Shown here one piece after another: positions 1 to 9,354 of a DNA stretch of 34,707 nucleotides; positions within the stretch are counted from its first letter, which is position 1, and each line of letters begins with the position of its first letter. The notes beneath the pieces are model-generated. The model made no database searches, was not told the DNA's origin, and worked only from the letters and a program-made list of their open reading frames with translations. The stretch spans positions 1 through 34,707 of the forward strand of contig CAMBEY010000003.1 in the NCBI GenBank assembly GCA_945865705.1, written 5' to 3'. The position numbers were made by a program, and so were the translations under genes. This DNA is from Candidatus Sulfopaludibacter sp. SbA3 (GTDB lineage Bacteria > Acidobacteriota > Terriglobia > 2-12-FULL-54-10).

Positions 1-74
1 GTGCCGCGACCGTGAGGGAGCGGGGGTTGTTCTTGTCACGCAAACCAACCCCCGCTCCCTCACGGTCGCGGCAC
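1..74. repeat. REP-like palindrome, family A (perfect 29-bp inverted repeat, 16-nt loop)
   Basis: gtgccgcgaccgtgagggagcgggggttg (1-29) is the exact reverse complement of 46-74. Confidence 0.9.
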
Positions 75-229
75 TGTTCCGGCAACAGTCGCCGCAGGTG
101 TTCCACAAACGTGTTGTCGATGGCGTCGAGATGCGCCGAGGCGGCAGCGGAGTTGTAGACCTGCACTTCGTCCGAGCAGTCCATTTCCTCGGGCTCGGGA
201 ACGCGCGGAAGATGCCATGGTGAATTCAT
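1..229 (-). CDS. 5' part of probable class I SAM-dependent methyltransferase (runs off window start)
   Basis: Not in ORF track. ATG at 229 with GGAG about 10 nt upstream; reads MNSPWHLPRVPEPEEMDCSDEVQVYNSAAASAHLDAIDNTFVEHLRRLLPEQCRDREGAGVGLRDKNNPRSLTVAA without a stop to base 1. The RVPEPExMD...Y...DNTFVE N-terminus resembles small-molecule methyltransferases; the SAM motif itself is outside the window. Confidence 0.65.
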   Translation of the reverse strand, partial: MNSPWHLPRVPEPEEMDCSDEVQVYNSAAASAHLDAIDNTFVEHLRRLLPEQCRDREGAGVGLRDKNNPRSLTVAA

Positions 230-245
230 ATGCGTTTACTCCGCG

Positions 246-429
246 CCGCGTGACAGTGTCGCGCGCGTCAGCAAGCGGGCCAAGGGAAAACCCACGTCCC
301 GACGGCCAACGATCCCCCCACAGCGCGTACCGTCACGGTGAAACCCAAATCGTGAAATCCCAAACAACTCCGTTCGGGGCGTGCTGTTCCATCGACCCGC
401 TCGCTGACGCGCGCGGCACTGTCACGCGG
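246..429. repeat. REP-like inverted repeat, family A variant
   Basis: 34-bp arms 246-279 and 396-429 with 2 mismatches; core gcgcgcgtcagcaagcgg. Confidence 0.85.
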
Positions 430-454
430 CACGGATACACCATCCCAAAACGGG

Positions 455-3400
455 CTAAAAGCTGTAGCGCAGCGAGAATTGGATTTGGCGCGAATCGTTC
501 ACCGTGCGGAATATCTGTCCCGCGTTGCCGGCGGGCACGCCGGTGGCATCGGGAAACACAATGGCGCCGCCGGAGACTTGTGCGCCGGTCGGGCTGCTGG
601 GCGTCGCGAAGTTGGGCCTGTTCAGAATATTGAAGAAGTCCGCGCGGAACTCAAGCTGTTGCCGCTCACGCACGGCGAAATTCCTGCTCAACGAAAGATC
701 GGCGTTAAAGAAGCCCGGCCCAGTGAGCGCGTTGCGAGCGGCGTTGCCGTAGAAGCCCACGGGCTGGAGCGCGAAGGCGCAGGGATCGAAGTACAGCTCC
801 GGCGTCCCCAGCGTGCGTCCGCCGAAACGCTCTTGGCCGCCGATCAGGCAGGAACGTGAGAGGAGCCGACCTGTCGCCGCCAATGGCGACGCAAAGGCGC
901 ACGGATCGAAAAAGAGATCCGGCGCGCGGGAAGCGATGGAACACGAGGTTGCGACACCACGCTTCGCAGACTCAGCATTTGCGCCTGCAGCCCAGTCGGG
1001 GCGGTCGGCCAGCGCAATATCCGTCTGCAAATTCTGCGAGCGGTTGATGCCGTCCACCACGCTGAACGGATATCCGGACGAGAGCGACCCGATGGCCGCG
1101 ATGCGCCAGCCGTTGAGCACGCGGCCAGCCGTGCCCCGCGTGAACGCGGGCAGCGCAACGATGGCGTGCGCGGCGAGGCGGTGGCGGACATCGAACGCCG
1201 AGACGGCCTTGTCGAGATAGATGTCGTCGGGGTCTTGCGTGTTCGACGGCTGACTCGGGAACGAGGTGAACGAGGAGTTGTTGGTGCTGAGCGACTTGCT
1301 CCATGTGTAGGAAGCCTGTACGGTGGCACCGCCGGGTATACGACGCTCGGCGGTGAGTTGCAGTGAGTCATACCACGAGCGTCCGTCGGACGAGCGTCCG
1401 CGGATGGGGCCGAAGTTTAGATTGCGCCGCACGGTGGGGCCGGACGAGCAGGCCGCGTTGGGCCCGCCAGCGGCCGCAAGAAAGTTGAAGCACTTGCGCC
1501 CGTCGGCGAGCATCACCGGCGTACCGGGATTCGATTCGAGCGAGCGCAGGATGTGCAGGCTGCGATTGCCCGCGTAGGCGATGCGCGCTACCCAACCGTC
1601 GACGAACTGCTGCTGCCACTCGATGTTCCACTGCATGGTGTAAGGCTGGCTGAGATTGAAGTCGAGCGCCTGGCCCGTGGTGGAGAGCGCGGGCGCGCGG
1701 CCCGTGGCCAGCGGATTAGGAAACGGTGGCCCACCAGCCAGCAGCACGGTGTTGACGAAGGGCGGAACCAGCCGCGAGTTGGCCCACATGTTCACCACCA
1801 GCGGGTTATAGAAAATCCCAAAGCCGCCACGCAGCGCGGACTTTGCGTCGCCGCTGGGACTCCACGCGAAACCAAAACGCGGCGAGAAGGAGCGCGCGAT
1901 GGTATTGAACAACGGGCCTCCGAGTGTGACTGTTGCGTCCAGCGGCGAGCGCAGGTTCGCAAGTTGGCCGAGGACATCGCTGGGCGAGGTGGTGAACTCG
2001 TAGCGCAGGCCGAGGTTCAGTGTCAGGCGTGGCGCCAGCTCGAAGTCATCCTGCACGAAGGTGCTGATGGTGGTCCAGCGCCAACCAGCGGGCGACGCAG
2101 GACCATCGGCATTCGTCCCGCCCAGTACGCCGAGCCACGACGCGGGCGTGCCTGCGAGAAACTGCGTCAGGCCGGCGAAGGTGTACTGACCGTTGAAGAA
2201 CGTGCCGCGCAGCTCGTTGTCCTGATAGCGCTGTACGGTCGCGCCGAACTTCAGCGCGTGGCCGCTACTAAAATGGGAAACTTGAGCTGCAGTCTCAAAC
2301 AGATTTTGCGCGGCGCGTGGCACGAATGTCTGTGTACCAAGGTTTGAAATGCCGGTGATATTGATCAGTCCAAAGTTGCGCCCCGGCACTGGTGAGATGG
2401 TCAGCCCGCCGGGCGGCGGTGGCAGTTCAATGGCGCCGAAGGTGCGGTTGAATGCGAAATGGAAGTCGCCCAGGGCGTTCGCCGAGAACGGAACGGTGAG
2501 ACCAACCAGAGTGTTCGTGATGCGATGCGGCAGGCTCTGCGGGAAGCCCGGCACCGGCGTGGATGGATAGGGCGGCTCGACCAGGCTGTCTTGCGTGGAA
2601 AACTTCGCGTAGGCGTTCCATTCGCGCAGCAGCCGATGATCGATGCGCACTAGTCCGAAGTCTTCGCGCGTGGGCTGCACCACGCTCGATGAATAGCTGG
2701 CGGTGCGGCCGTCGGGGTTCAGCGGCCCGTTGGGCAATGGATAGAGATTGAGAAATGGAATGACGTTCGCGGCCGCTCCCGTGCGCGCCTCCGCCGCGGG
2801 AACGGTGGCCACGCTGGTGATGGCCTTGCGCTCGCGCAGTCCCTCATAGCTCAAGAAGAAAAAAGTGCGGTCGTGCCGCACCGGCCCGCCGAGTGACGCG
2901 CCGAACTGATTGCGCCGGAACGATGGAATCGGGCGGTTGGGAATGTCGAAGAAGTTCTTCGCGTCGAACGTGCTATTGCGCAGGTACTCGAACGCCGTGC
3001 CGTGCAGCGCGTTGGTTCCGGAGCGCGTGGCCACGTGGATGACGCCGCCGGAGTTCTTGCCGAACTCGGCCTTGTAGTTGTGCAGCAGGACCTGAAACTC
3101 CTGCACCGAGTCGAGGCCCAGCAGCAGCCCGCTGGATCCGCTGGGGTTGCGCCCGGAGGCCAAGTCGTTCAACTCCGAGCCATCGACGAGGAACAGCGTG
3201 GATTGATCGAGCTGCCCGTTGACGACGAAGGTGGCCCAGCGTCCGCCGAAGGGCGAGTTCGCACCGTTCGAGTTGGCGGCCACGCCGGGCTGTAGCAGCG
3301 CAAGTTGTCCGAAGTCGCGGCCATTCAGCGGCAGCGCGGCCAACTGTTCGCGGCTCACCAGTCCGGCCAGCACGCCGCTGGTGGTCTCGACCAACAGCAG

Positions 3401-3763
3401 GGTGGCGGACACTTCGATGCTCTGCTGGATGCCCGCCACGGGCAGCGCGATCTCCAGCGCGAGGGTTTGTCCGAGCGAGAGCGCGAGATTGGACTCCTTC
3501 ACCGAGGCGAAGTTCGGCGCGGTCGCAGTGAGTTCGTAACTGCCCACGGGAATCGCGAATTGGAAAACGCCGGATGAGTCGGACTGGCTGGTGTAGTTGA
3601 GACCCTTCTGCGTGTCGCGTAGATGCAGCGCCGCTGCGGCGATGGCTCCGCCGCTGGAATCGCTCACTACGCCGCGGATAGTCCCGCCCACCGACTGCGC
3701 GCGCAGGGAGGCGGAGGAAAGAAGCAGTGTGAATAGCAGAAGGGAAAATTTGTGGAGTTTCAT
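455..3763 (-). CDS. TonB-dependent outer-membrane receptor (Oar-like, N-terminal carboxypeptidase-regulatory-like domain)
   Basis: Signal peptide MKLHKFSLLL...LRAQ, GTIRGVVSDSSG, LPLNGRDF, SGGVIHVATRSGTN, LNLGLRYE, C-terminal RQIQFSLRYSF. Start moved from 3838 to 3763 because the extension is REP sequence. Confidence 0.92.
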   Translation of the reverse strand: MKLHKFSLLLFTLLLSSASLRAQSVGGTIRGVVSDSSGGAIAAAALHLRDTQKGLNYTSQSDSSGVFQFAIPVGSYELTATAPNFASVKESNLALSLGQTLALEIALPVAGIQQSIEVSATLLLVETTSGVLAGLVSREQLAALPLNGRDFGQLALLQPGVAANSNGANSPFGGRWATFVVNGQLDQSTLFLVDGSELNDLASGRNPSGSSGLLLGLDSVQEFQVLLHNYKAEFGKNSGGVIHVATRSGTNALHGTAFEYLRNSTFDAKNFFDIPNRPIPSFRRNQFGASLGGPVRHDRTFFFLSYEGLRERKAITSVATVPAAEARTGAAANVIPFLNLYPLPNGPLNPDGRTASYSSSVVQPTREDFGLVRIDHRLLREWNAYAKFSTQDSLVEPPYPSTPVPGFPQSLPHRITNTLVGLTVPFSANALGDFHFAFNRTFGAIELPPPPGGLTISPVPGRNFGLINITGISNLGTQTFVPRAAQNLFETAAQVSHFSSGHALKFGATVQRYQDNELRGTFFNGQYTFAGLTQFLAGTPASWLGVLGGTNADGPASPAGWRWTTISTFVQDDFELAPRLTLNLGLRYEFTTSPSDVLGQLANLRSPLDATVTLGGPLFNTIARSFSPRFGFAWSPSGDAKSALRGGFGIFYNPLVVNMWANSRLVPPFVNTVLLAGGPPFPNPLATGRAPALSTTGQALDFNLSQPYTMQWNIEWQQQFVDGWVARIAYAGNRSLHILRSLESNPGTPVMLADGRKCFNFLAAAGGPNAACSSGPTVRRNLNFGPIRGRSSDGRSWYDSLQLTAERRIPGGATVQASYTWSKSLSTNNSSFTSFPSQPSNTQDPDDIYLDKAVSAFDVRHRLAAHAIVALPAFTRGTAGRVLNGWRIAAIGSLSSGYPFSVVDGINRSQNLQTDIALADRPDWAAGANAESAKRGVATSCSIASRAPDLFFDPCAFASPLAATGRLLSRSCLIGGQERFGGRTLGTPELYFDPCAFALQPVGFYGNAARNALTGPGFFNADLSLSRNFAVRERQQLEFRADFFNILNRPNFATPSSPTGAQVSGGAIVFPDATGVPAGNAGQIFRTVNDSRQIQFSLRYSF

Positions 3764-3769
3764 GAAGTC

Positions 3770-3868
3770 GTCATTCCAAAGCTTGGCGTTTTTTTGCCGG
3801 GCTGAGGAATCTGTTTTTTTTCGCCTCGCCATCCGCAAAGCAGATTCCTCGCTGCGCTCGGAATGACA
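3770..3868. repeat. REP-like inverted repeat, family B
   Basis: Right arm cagattcctcgctgcgctcggaatgaca (3841-3868) is identical to 31445-31472; left arm gtcattcc...gaggaatctg carries an internal variant hairpin. Confidence 0.8.
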
Positions 3869-3895
3869 CCTTTAAACAGTGGCTACGGACACTGG

Positions 3896-5194
3896 CTACG
3901 GATTTTTTGTGGCCCTATTTTTATTCGCCGGATTGGCTTTGTAGAGCGCGTAGCACGGGCTGTTGCGCACGGCGTTGTAATGCTCGGGATTTTCACCGAC
4001 GGCCTTGTGGTAGGCCGCGCGGTACTTGTCCGCTTCAGCCTTGTTGCCGGCCTGCTCGTAGATGCGACTCAGCATTTGCAGGCCGTCCACGGCCACGGTC
4101 TCGCGCTCGATCTGCGTGAAGACTTCTCCGTGCGTGCGGTACCACTCCTGCGCTTCGTGGATGTAGCTGGCGGCATCGGCGCGCTTGAGCTGCAATGCGG
4201 CCATCCCTAAGTTCATCAGCGCCTTGCCGCGCACGCGGTCTTCGCCGGACTGCTTGGCGACATCCAGCGCGTTGCTGAGCGTCTCCCAGGCGGAGGCAAA
4301 ATTCTTCTGTTCCATCTGCGCGTTACCGATGACCATCATGGCGTTGGACTGCCAAGTCCCGCGCCCCATCTTCTTGAAGCTGACCAGCGCGTCGTTGGCA
4401 TATTGGAAGGCCTTCTCCGGCTCGACGGTCCAGACGTAGGTGTTGCCCAAGTTCAGGCGCACCATGCCGCGATAGAGTTCGCCGGGCAACTGGTCGGCGT
4501 AGCGCATGCCTTCGTTGTAGGCGGCGATGGCGCGCTCGGTCTCCAGCATCCGGATCAAGGTGGAGCCGATGTTGATTTTCGCCGAGGCCATCACGCGCAG
4601 TTCGTTAATTTCTTTGGCGATGGCAAAGCCGGCCTCCAGTTTTTCGAGCGCCTGCTGATAATGCTTGCGGGCCTCTTCCCACTTGAGCTCCTCGCCGCAA
4701 AGGTCCTCGCCATCGTGTGTCAGGAACGCGCCCTCATAGCGGAGCCGCCGCGCCTCGAAACGCTTGAAGAAATTCTGATCGCCGGTAACCTTGCGATAGA
4801 GATCAAACAGCTTGGCGTAGCGAAGATTCTCCGAGACAAATTGGTCCAGCACACGCTTGTGAATGTCATGACCGCTGGTCGCTCCGAAGCGGCCGAGTTC
4901 GTCGAAGCGCGTGTCGCGCTGCTCGATCAACTCTTCCAGGCGCTTCTTAATGACCGGCGGATTGTCCTTCAGGTAACGCTCGGCATCAGCCACCTGACCA
5001 TGATCCAGCTTGTCCATCAAGATGATCAGCGGAACCGGGTCCTCGGAGGGAACGGCCTGGGCGCGGGCAAATGGAGATTGCCAAATAGTCAGAGGGAGCA
5101 GGACCAGCAGACCGGAGGCCACCGCGAGCAGGAGTGGGCGGACAGAAATCGCCAATTGGCAATAGCCGATTTTCTTCTCATTTTTATTAGTCAT
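3896..5194 (-). CDS. Exported/membrane-anchored tetratricopeptide repeat protein
   Basis: Hydrophobic N-terminus ending in ARA-Q; repeated helical units (AKINIGSTL, VRLNLGNTY, AMMVIGNAQ, ALMNLGMAA). Confidence 0.8.
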   Translation of the reverse strand: MTNKNEKKIGYCQLAISVRPLLLAVASGLLVLLPLTIWQSPFARAQAVPSEDPVPLIILMDKLDHGQVADAERYLKDNPPVIKKRLEELIEQRDTRFDELGRFGATSGHDIHKRVLDQFVSENLRYAKLFDLYRKVTGDQNFFKRFEARRLRYEGAFLTHDGEDLCGEELKWEEARKHYQQALEKLEAGFAIAKEINELRVMASAKINIGSTLIRMLETERAIAAYNEGMRYADQLPGELYRGMVRLNLGNTYVWTVEPEKAFQYANDALVSFKKMGRGTWQSNAMMVIGNAQMEQKNFASAWETLSNALDVAKQSGEDRVRGKALMNLGMAALQLKRADAASYIHEAQEWYRTHGEVFTQIERETVAVDGLQMLSRIYEQAGNKAEADKYRAAYHKAVGENPEHYNAVRNSPCYALYKANPANKNRATKNP

Positions 5195-5548
5195 ATAGTT
5201 AGTCCAATTCTTCCGACCGAGCCTTTACACTGGAAGTTCCAGCCCGTTTGGGCTTCCGATGTGCGTCACGCAGATCGCCCTATCGCCTTGAAATCACTAG
5301 AGATCAAGTGTACTCGAACGGCGGAAACATTTGTCAGTTCCGTGGCGACATAATATGTTCGCCGGAAAATGCCAGTTAATATGGATTCTCCCCTCATCAC
5401 TCGTCAGCAAGAGCCTTTCCTCTCAATTACATGGATGCATCCTTGCCGCATTGGTTGGCTGCGGTTGCTCTGGAACCTCACTAAACTAGATATATAATGA
5501 TAGGGCGGCGGCGCCCCGGACCTGCGGCAATTGGTGGGTTTTTCAGAG

Positions 5549-6481
5549 ATGAAGCAGTTAATCGTCAATGCGGATGATTTTGGCTACACCCGGGGAGTCA
5601 ACCGGGCCATCGTCGAAGCTTGTCATCAAAATGGGCGAGGGATTATCACCGCCACTTCCTTGATGGCCAACGCTCCGGCCTTCGATCACGCTGTGGAATT
5701 GGCCCACAAAACGGCGGGCCTGGATGTGGGTTGCCATCTGAATCTGGTGGAGGGCCGGCCGCTCTCGCCCGCATCGGCGATACCAAGTCTGGTGAATGCG
5801 GACGGACAACTGCTGGGCGCGCGGCGATTGGGGAAGCGTCTGCTGACGCGCACGGCGAGCGGCGCGGAGATCGAGTGCGAGTGCGCGGCGCAAGTGGACC
5901 GCATGATCGCGGCAGGAATTCCGCCCACCCACCTGGACACGCATCAGCACGCGCACCTGCATCCCACCGTGGCCACGGCGGTGGCGCGAACGGCCCAGCG
6001 CTATGGCATCGCCTGGGTGCGTCGCCCCTTTGAAAGTTTTTCGCCGCCCACGCGCCTGGGAAACGTTAAGCGGCGAATCCTGGCGGCGGGCCTGCGATCG
6101 TCGGCCAGATCATTCGACCGCATCATGGCCGCCCACGGCCTGCGCTGCCCGGATCACTTCAGCGGCTTTGTCCTGACCGGCGCGTTGACGGTCGTAGGCC
6201 TCCGTGCAACTCTGGCGCTGCTACCCGATGGCGCCACCGAGTTGATGTGCCACCCTGGATACACCGACGCCGCGCTGGCCCGCTTGCCCACCAGCTTGCA
6301 GGCGCAGCGGCAGCGCGAGTTGGAGGCGCTGTGCGATCCCGGCGTGCGCGACGTTTTGCGCGCGCGCGGCATCCAACTGATCAGTTTCCGCGAGTTGTCC
6401 GCGCCGGCGTCCCGAGCGGAGAGAACCTCGGCGCTTAAAATGGCCGCGAGCGGTGGACAGGCATCCAGCCAGGCAAGATGA
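5549..6481 (+). CDS. ChbG/HpnK (YdjC) family carbohydrate deacetylase
   Basis: LIVNADDFG, GCHLNL, HLDTHQHAH, ELMCHPG motifs; ATG at 5549. Confidence 0.9.
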   Translation: MKQLIVNADDFGYTRGVNRAIVEACHQNGRGIITATSLMANAPAFDHAVELAHKTAGLDVGCHLNLVEGRPLSPASAIPSLVNADGQLLGARRLGKRLLTRTASGAEIECECAAQVDRMIAAGIPPTHLDTHQHAHLHPTVATAVARTAQRYGIAWVRRPFESFSPPTRLGNVKRRILAAGLRSSARSFDRIMAAHGLRCPDHFSGFVLTGALTVVGLRATLALLPDGATELMCHPGYTDAALARLPTSLQAQRQRELEALCDPGVRDVLRARGIQLISFRELSAPASRAERTSALKMAASGGQASSQAR

Positions 6482-6496
6482 GAGGAGAGTGAGCAC

Positions 6497-7489
6497 GTGT
6501 CCGTCATGAAAATAGAAAAATCGCCGCTCTACTCCATCGTAATTCCCATTCACAACGAGGAGGACAGCCTCATCCCGCTGTTCGCCAAGATTGTGGAGAC
6601 CATGGAGGCGCACAGTTGGGAATTCGAGATCGTCTTCGTCGATGACGCGAGTTCCGACGGCTCCCCTGCGTTGCTCGAGCAGATTGCGTCTCTCGATTCG
6701 CGCGTCATGGTGGTGCAGTTGCGCCGTAACGTCGGCCAGACGCCGGCGCTGGCCGCCGGATTCGACTACGCACGCGGCGACATTATCATCTCCATGGACG
6801 GCGACTATCAACACGATCCCACCGACCTACCCGCGTTCATTACCAAGATTCATGAGGGCTACGACATCGTCAGCGGATGGCGCAAGGAACGCGTGGACGA
6901 TTACGTCACGCGACGGCTGCCCTCCAAGATTGCCAACTGGGCCATGCGCAAACTCTCTGGAGTGGAGCTGCATGATTTCGGGACGACGTTCAAGGCCTAC
7001 CGCAGGGACACGATTCGTGCCGTGAATCTCTACGGCGAGCTGCATCGATTCATCCCAGCACTAGCCAGCTTGCAGGGCGCGCGGATGACGGAGATTCCCA
7101 TTCACAATATTGAGCGGCCCGCTGGTAAGTCGCATTACGGGCTGGGTCGGACCTTTCGTGTCCTGTTTGATCTGCTGACGGTGCGCTTCCTACTGCGGTA
7201 TGTGACGCGGCCCCTGCATTTTTTTGGCATGATCGGGCTAGCCTGCTTCACCCTGGGGGGCGGCATTTTCAGCTTTCTGGGCGTGCGCAAGCTGATGGGT
7301 CATGCCATCTTCATCGAGCACGGGCCGCTGCTGATCGTGGGAGCGATGGCCGTGATCGCTGGCATTCAACTCGTCTCAACTGGCTTGATCGGGGAGCTGC
7401 TGACGCGCATTTACTTCGAAGGACAGCAACGGCGCATCTACTCGGTCGCCCGGGTGATTGGCCGCCCACGCAAAGCGGGCATCGCCTAA
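6497..7489 (+). CDS. GT2 polyprenyl-phosphate glycosyltransferase (ArnC/GtrB-like)
   Basis: SIVIPIHNEE, VDDASSD, MDGDYQHDP, ELHRFIP and two C-terminal TM helices. Confidence 0.9.
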   Translation: MSVMKIEKSPLYSIVIPIHNEEDSLIPLFAKIVETMEAHSWEFEIVFVDDASSDGSPALLEQIASLDSRVMVVQLRRNVGQTPALAAGFDYARGDIIISMDGDYQHDPTDLPAFITKIHEGYDIVSGWRKERVDDYVTRRLPSKIANWAMRKLSGVELHDFGTTFKAYRRDTIRAVNLYGELHRFIPALASLQGARMTEIPIHNIERPAGKSHYGLGRTFRVLFDLLTVRFLLRYVTRPLHFFGMIGLACFTLGGGIFSFLGVRKLMGHAIFIEHGPLLIVGAMAVIAGIQLVSTGLIGELLTRIYFEGQQRRIYSVARVIGRPRKAGIA

Positions 7490-7513
7490 AGACTGCCGCG
7501 CCCCCTGACCTCC

Positions 7514-7903
7514 ATGGACACCACACCAGATCCCAAGACGGAAACTAAGCTCAAGCGACTGAAGATCTACTCGGCGCAGTCGGGCTATGTCTATGAATAC
7601 TACTTCCTGGAATCACGGCAACGCCGCAAAATTTTCGGCAGACCCGATTACGCCTACCTCTATCACGTGACCACCAACCGCAAAAATTTCTCCGTGGTGG
7701 AAGTGGTGGTAGAGGACAAGGCGTTGCGCGCATGGAAGAAGATCAACGGGCGCGAGCTCGCGGAGATGGAGCGCTACGCCGCCGCCAAGATGGGGTTGTT
7801 TCGCACTCTGGATGAATGCCCCGAACCAAGCCAGTTGCGAGGTGGCACAGTGAACGAATCCAACATCGCGGCGTTGCTTGAGCCGCTCGGCCTCACGGAT
7901 TAA
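7514..7903 (+). CDS. Hypothetical protein
   Basis: 129-aa ORF following the GT2 gene with protein-like composition (YSAQSGYVYEYY, ERYAAAKM). Confidence 0.7.
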   Translation: MDTTPDPKTETKLKRLKIYSAQSGYVYEYYFLESRQRRKIFGRPDYAYLYHVTTNRKNFSVVEVVVEDKALRAWKKINGRELAEMERYAAAKMGLFRTLDECPEPSQLRGGTVNESNIAALLEPLGLTD

Positions 7904-7916
7904 TCCCACAATTCTT

Positions 7917-7993
7917 CACAGATGCACGGCGACACAGAGAGGCTAAGGGATGCGCTGGAGCCCCTGATTTCTCAGTGTCTCCGTGCCTCTGTG
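7917..7993. repeat. REP-like inverted repeat, family C (cacagag-type)
   Basis: 24-bp arms 7917-7940 and 7970-7993, 3 mismatches, between convergent genes. Confidence 0.7.
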
Positions 7994-8038
7994 GCTAATT
8001 GTTTTTTTGCGGTTGATTGGGGAAAGGTGAGGAGGAAT

Positions 8039-8067
8039 AAAAAAAGGGGGCGATTTGAATCGCCCCC
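8039..8067 (-). terminator. Rho-independent terminator of the Lys-rich microprotein gene
   Basis: Perfect 9-bp stem GGGGGCGAT/ATCGCCCCC (8046-8067), 4-nt loop, followed on the minus strand by a 7-U run (8039-8045). Confidence 0.9.
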
Positions 8068-8090
8068 TAAATCTTGCAGCTACAGCCGAG

Positions 8091-8147
8091 TTATTTCTTT
8101 TTCTTGGCGGCTGGCTTCTTTTTTGCTGGTGCTTTTTTGGTCGGCAT
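8091..8147 (-). CDS. 18-aa lysine-rich microprotein MPTKKAPAKKKPAAKKKK
   Basis: ATG at 8147, TAA at 8091; AAGGAG RBS 10 nt upstream; sigma70-like promoter upstream and terminator downstream. Confidence 0.75.
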   Translation of the reverse strand: MPTKKAPAKKKPAAKKKK

Positions 8148-8214
8148 TGTCGTAATTCTCCTTTTTCGTTTTCTATCTCCTCGCAACATAATGGAATCGT
8201 TGCTTGATGTCTTA

Positions 8215-8243
8215 TGTATAAGGACTGACAAAATAATTGTCAA
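8215..8243 (-). promoter_or_regulatory. Sigma70-type promoter with overlapping palindromic operator
   Basis: Minus strand TTGACA (8243-8238) - 17 nt - TATACA (8220-8215); inverted repeat TGACAA-N5-TTGTCA at 8226-8242. Confidence 0.7.
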
Positions 8244-8372
8244 GAGAAAAAGTAATATTCCGGTCACTTAGTCGCTTCACGCTTCTGAATAACTCTGCGC
8301 CCTTCACCGCTTCGGCACCGGAAATTGCATCCGGCACGACAGATTTTCCAGTCGCAAGCGTCTCAACGAATC

Positions 8373-8894
8373 CTAATCAGCGTATTGCAGCAGCGAGAAA
8401 ACATCCACGCCATCCAATTTCTTGCGCCCATTCAGGAAGGTGAGCTCAATCACCACGCCGAGGCCCACGATCTCCGCCCCCAAGTCGCTAGCTAAACGCA
8501 CACACGCGTTCGCGGTGCCGCCGGTGGCCAGCAGATCATCGACAATCAGCACGCGCTGGCCTGGTTGAATCGCATCGCGGTGCACTTCCAGCGAGTCGGT
8601 GCCGTACTCCAGATCGTAGGTGATGCGCACCGTCTCGGCCGGCAGCTTCTTGGGTTTCCTCACGGGAACGAATCCCGCGCCGAGCCGGTATGCGAGCGCA
8701 GGGCCAAAAATGAATCCGCGCGCTTCAATACCCAGCACCAGGTCGAGCTTGGCTCCGGCGTACTGCGCGGTCATGGCATCGATCAAAGCGTGGAAGCCAT
8801 CTCTATCCTTTAACAGCGTGGTGATATCGTAAAAAAGAATTCCGGGCTTGGGCCAGCCGGGAACCTGCCGAATGAGTTTCTTCAGATTTTCCAT
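8373..8894 (-). CDS. apt: Adenine phosphoribosyltransferase
   Basis: [45 protein letters not shown]. Confidence 0.97.
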   Translation of the reverse strand: MENLKKLIRQVPGWPKPGILFYDITTLLKDRDGFHALIDAMTAQYAGAKLDLVLGIEARGFIFGPALAYRLGAGFVPVRKPKKLPAETVRITYDLEYGTDSLEVHRDAIQPGQRVLIVDDLLATGGTANACVRLASDLGAEIVGLGVVIELTFLNGRKKLDGVDVFSLLQYAD

Positions 8895-8972
8895 GTCGTT
8901 TGGGTCGTCATCCTTTCGATCAGTTCAATAAATTTGCCGCGCACAATGCCTCCCTGTTCGATTCGCGGGTGA

Positions 8973-9257
8973 TCAAGCTAAACGTGTTGCCTCAATGCTG
9001 AAGCCGCGACGGGAGATCGACCGCGCAGTGGTCTGCTCACTCACCTGCTCCACGCGGCTGCCTGGCGGGCCTTGGAGGAGAGCGGCGCGTAGTTGCTCCA
9101 TTTTTTTAAGCGAGCATTCCGCGAGGACTTCCACCGCACCGTCCTGACAGTTGCGCACCCAGCCATTCACGCCAATCTCGCGAGCGACGCGCTCCACGAA
9201 GAAACGGAACCCAACGCCCTGCACTCTTCCCGTAATGCGAAACTGTCGAGCTTCCAT
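8973..9257 (-). CDS. acyP: Acylphosphatase
   Basis: GRVQGVGFR and GWVRNxxDGxVE signatures; ATG at 9257 with GGGGG RBS. Confidence 0.93.
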   Translation of the reverse strand: MEARQFRITGRVQGVGFRFFVERVAREIGVNGWVRNCQDGAVEVLAECSLKKMEQLRAALLQGPPGSRVEQVSEQTTARSISRRGFSIEATRLA

Positions 9258-9354
9258 GTCCCCCGCGATGCTCTTCAATGAATTTCACATTGTAGGGGAA
9301 GGCCGTGTCAGGGTACAAGCCAGGCGGAGGGGGGATGGCACATTTCACCGGCAA

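Noticed and set aside
217-633. 138-aa plus-strand ORF
   Set aside because: Crosses a REP and the antisense of the receptor; no protein-like features.
3764-3838. 25-aa N-terminal extension of the TonB receptor
   Set aside because: It is translated REP sequence; the signal peptide begins at Met 3763.
5344-5364. Imperfect palindrome ggcgacataatatgttcgcc in the divergent promoter region
   Set aside because: Single imperfect instance with no supporting copy or regulator.
8074-8271. 65-aa plus-strand Phe-rich ORF resembling a membrane peptide
   Set aside because: It is the antisense of the Lys codons of the microprotein; promoter, RBS and terminator all point to the minus strand.
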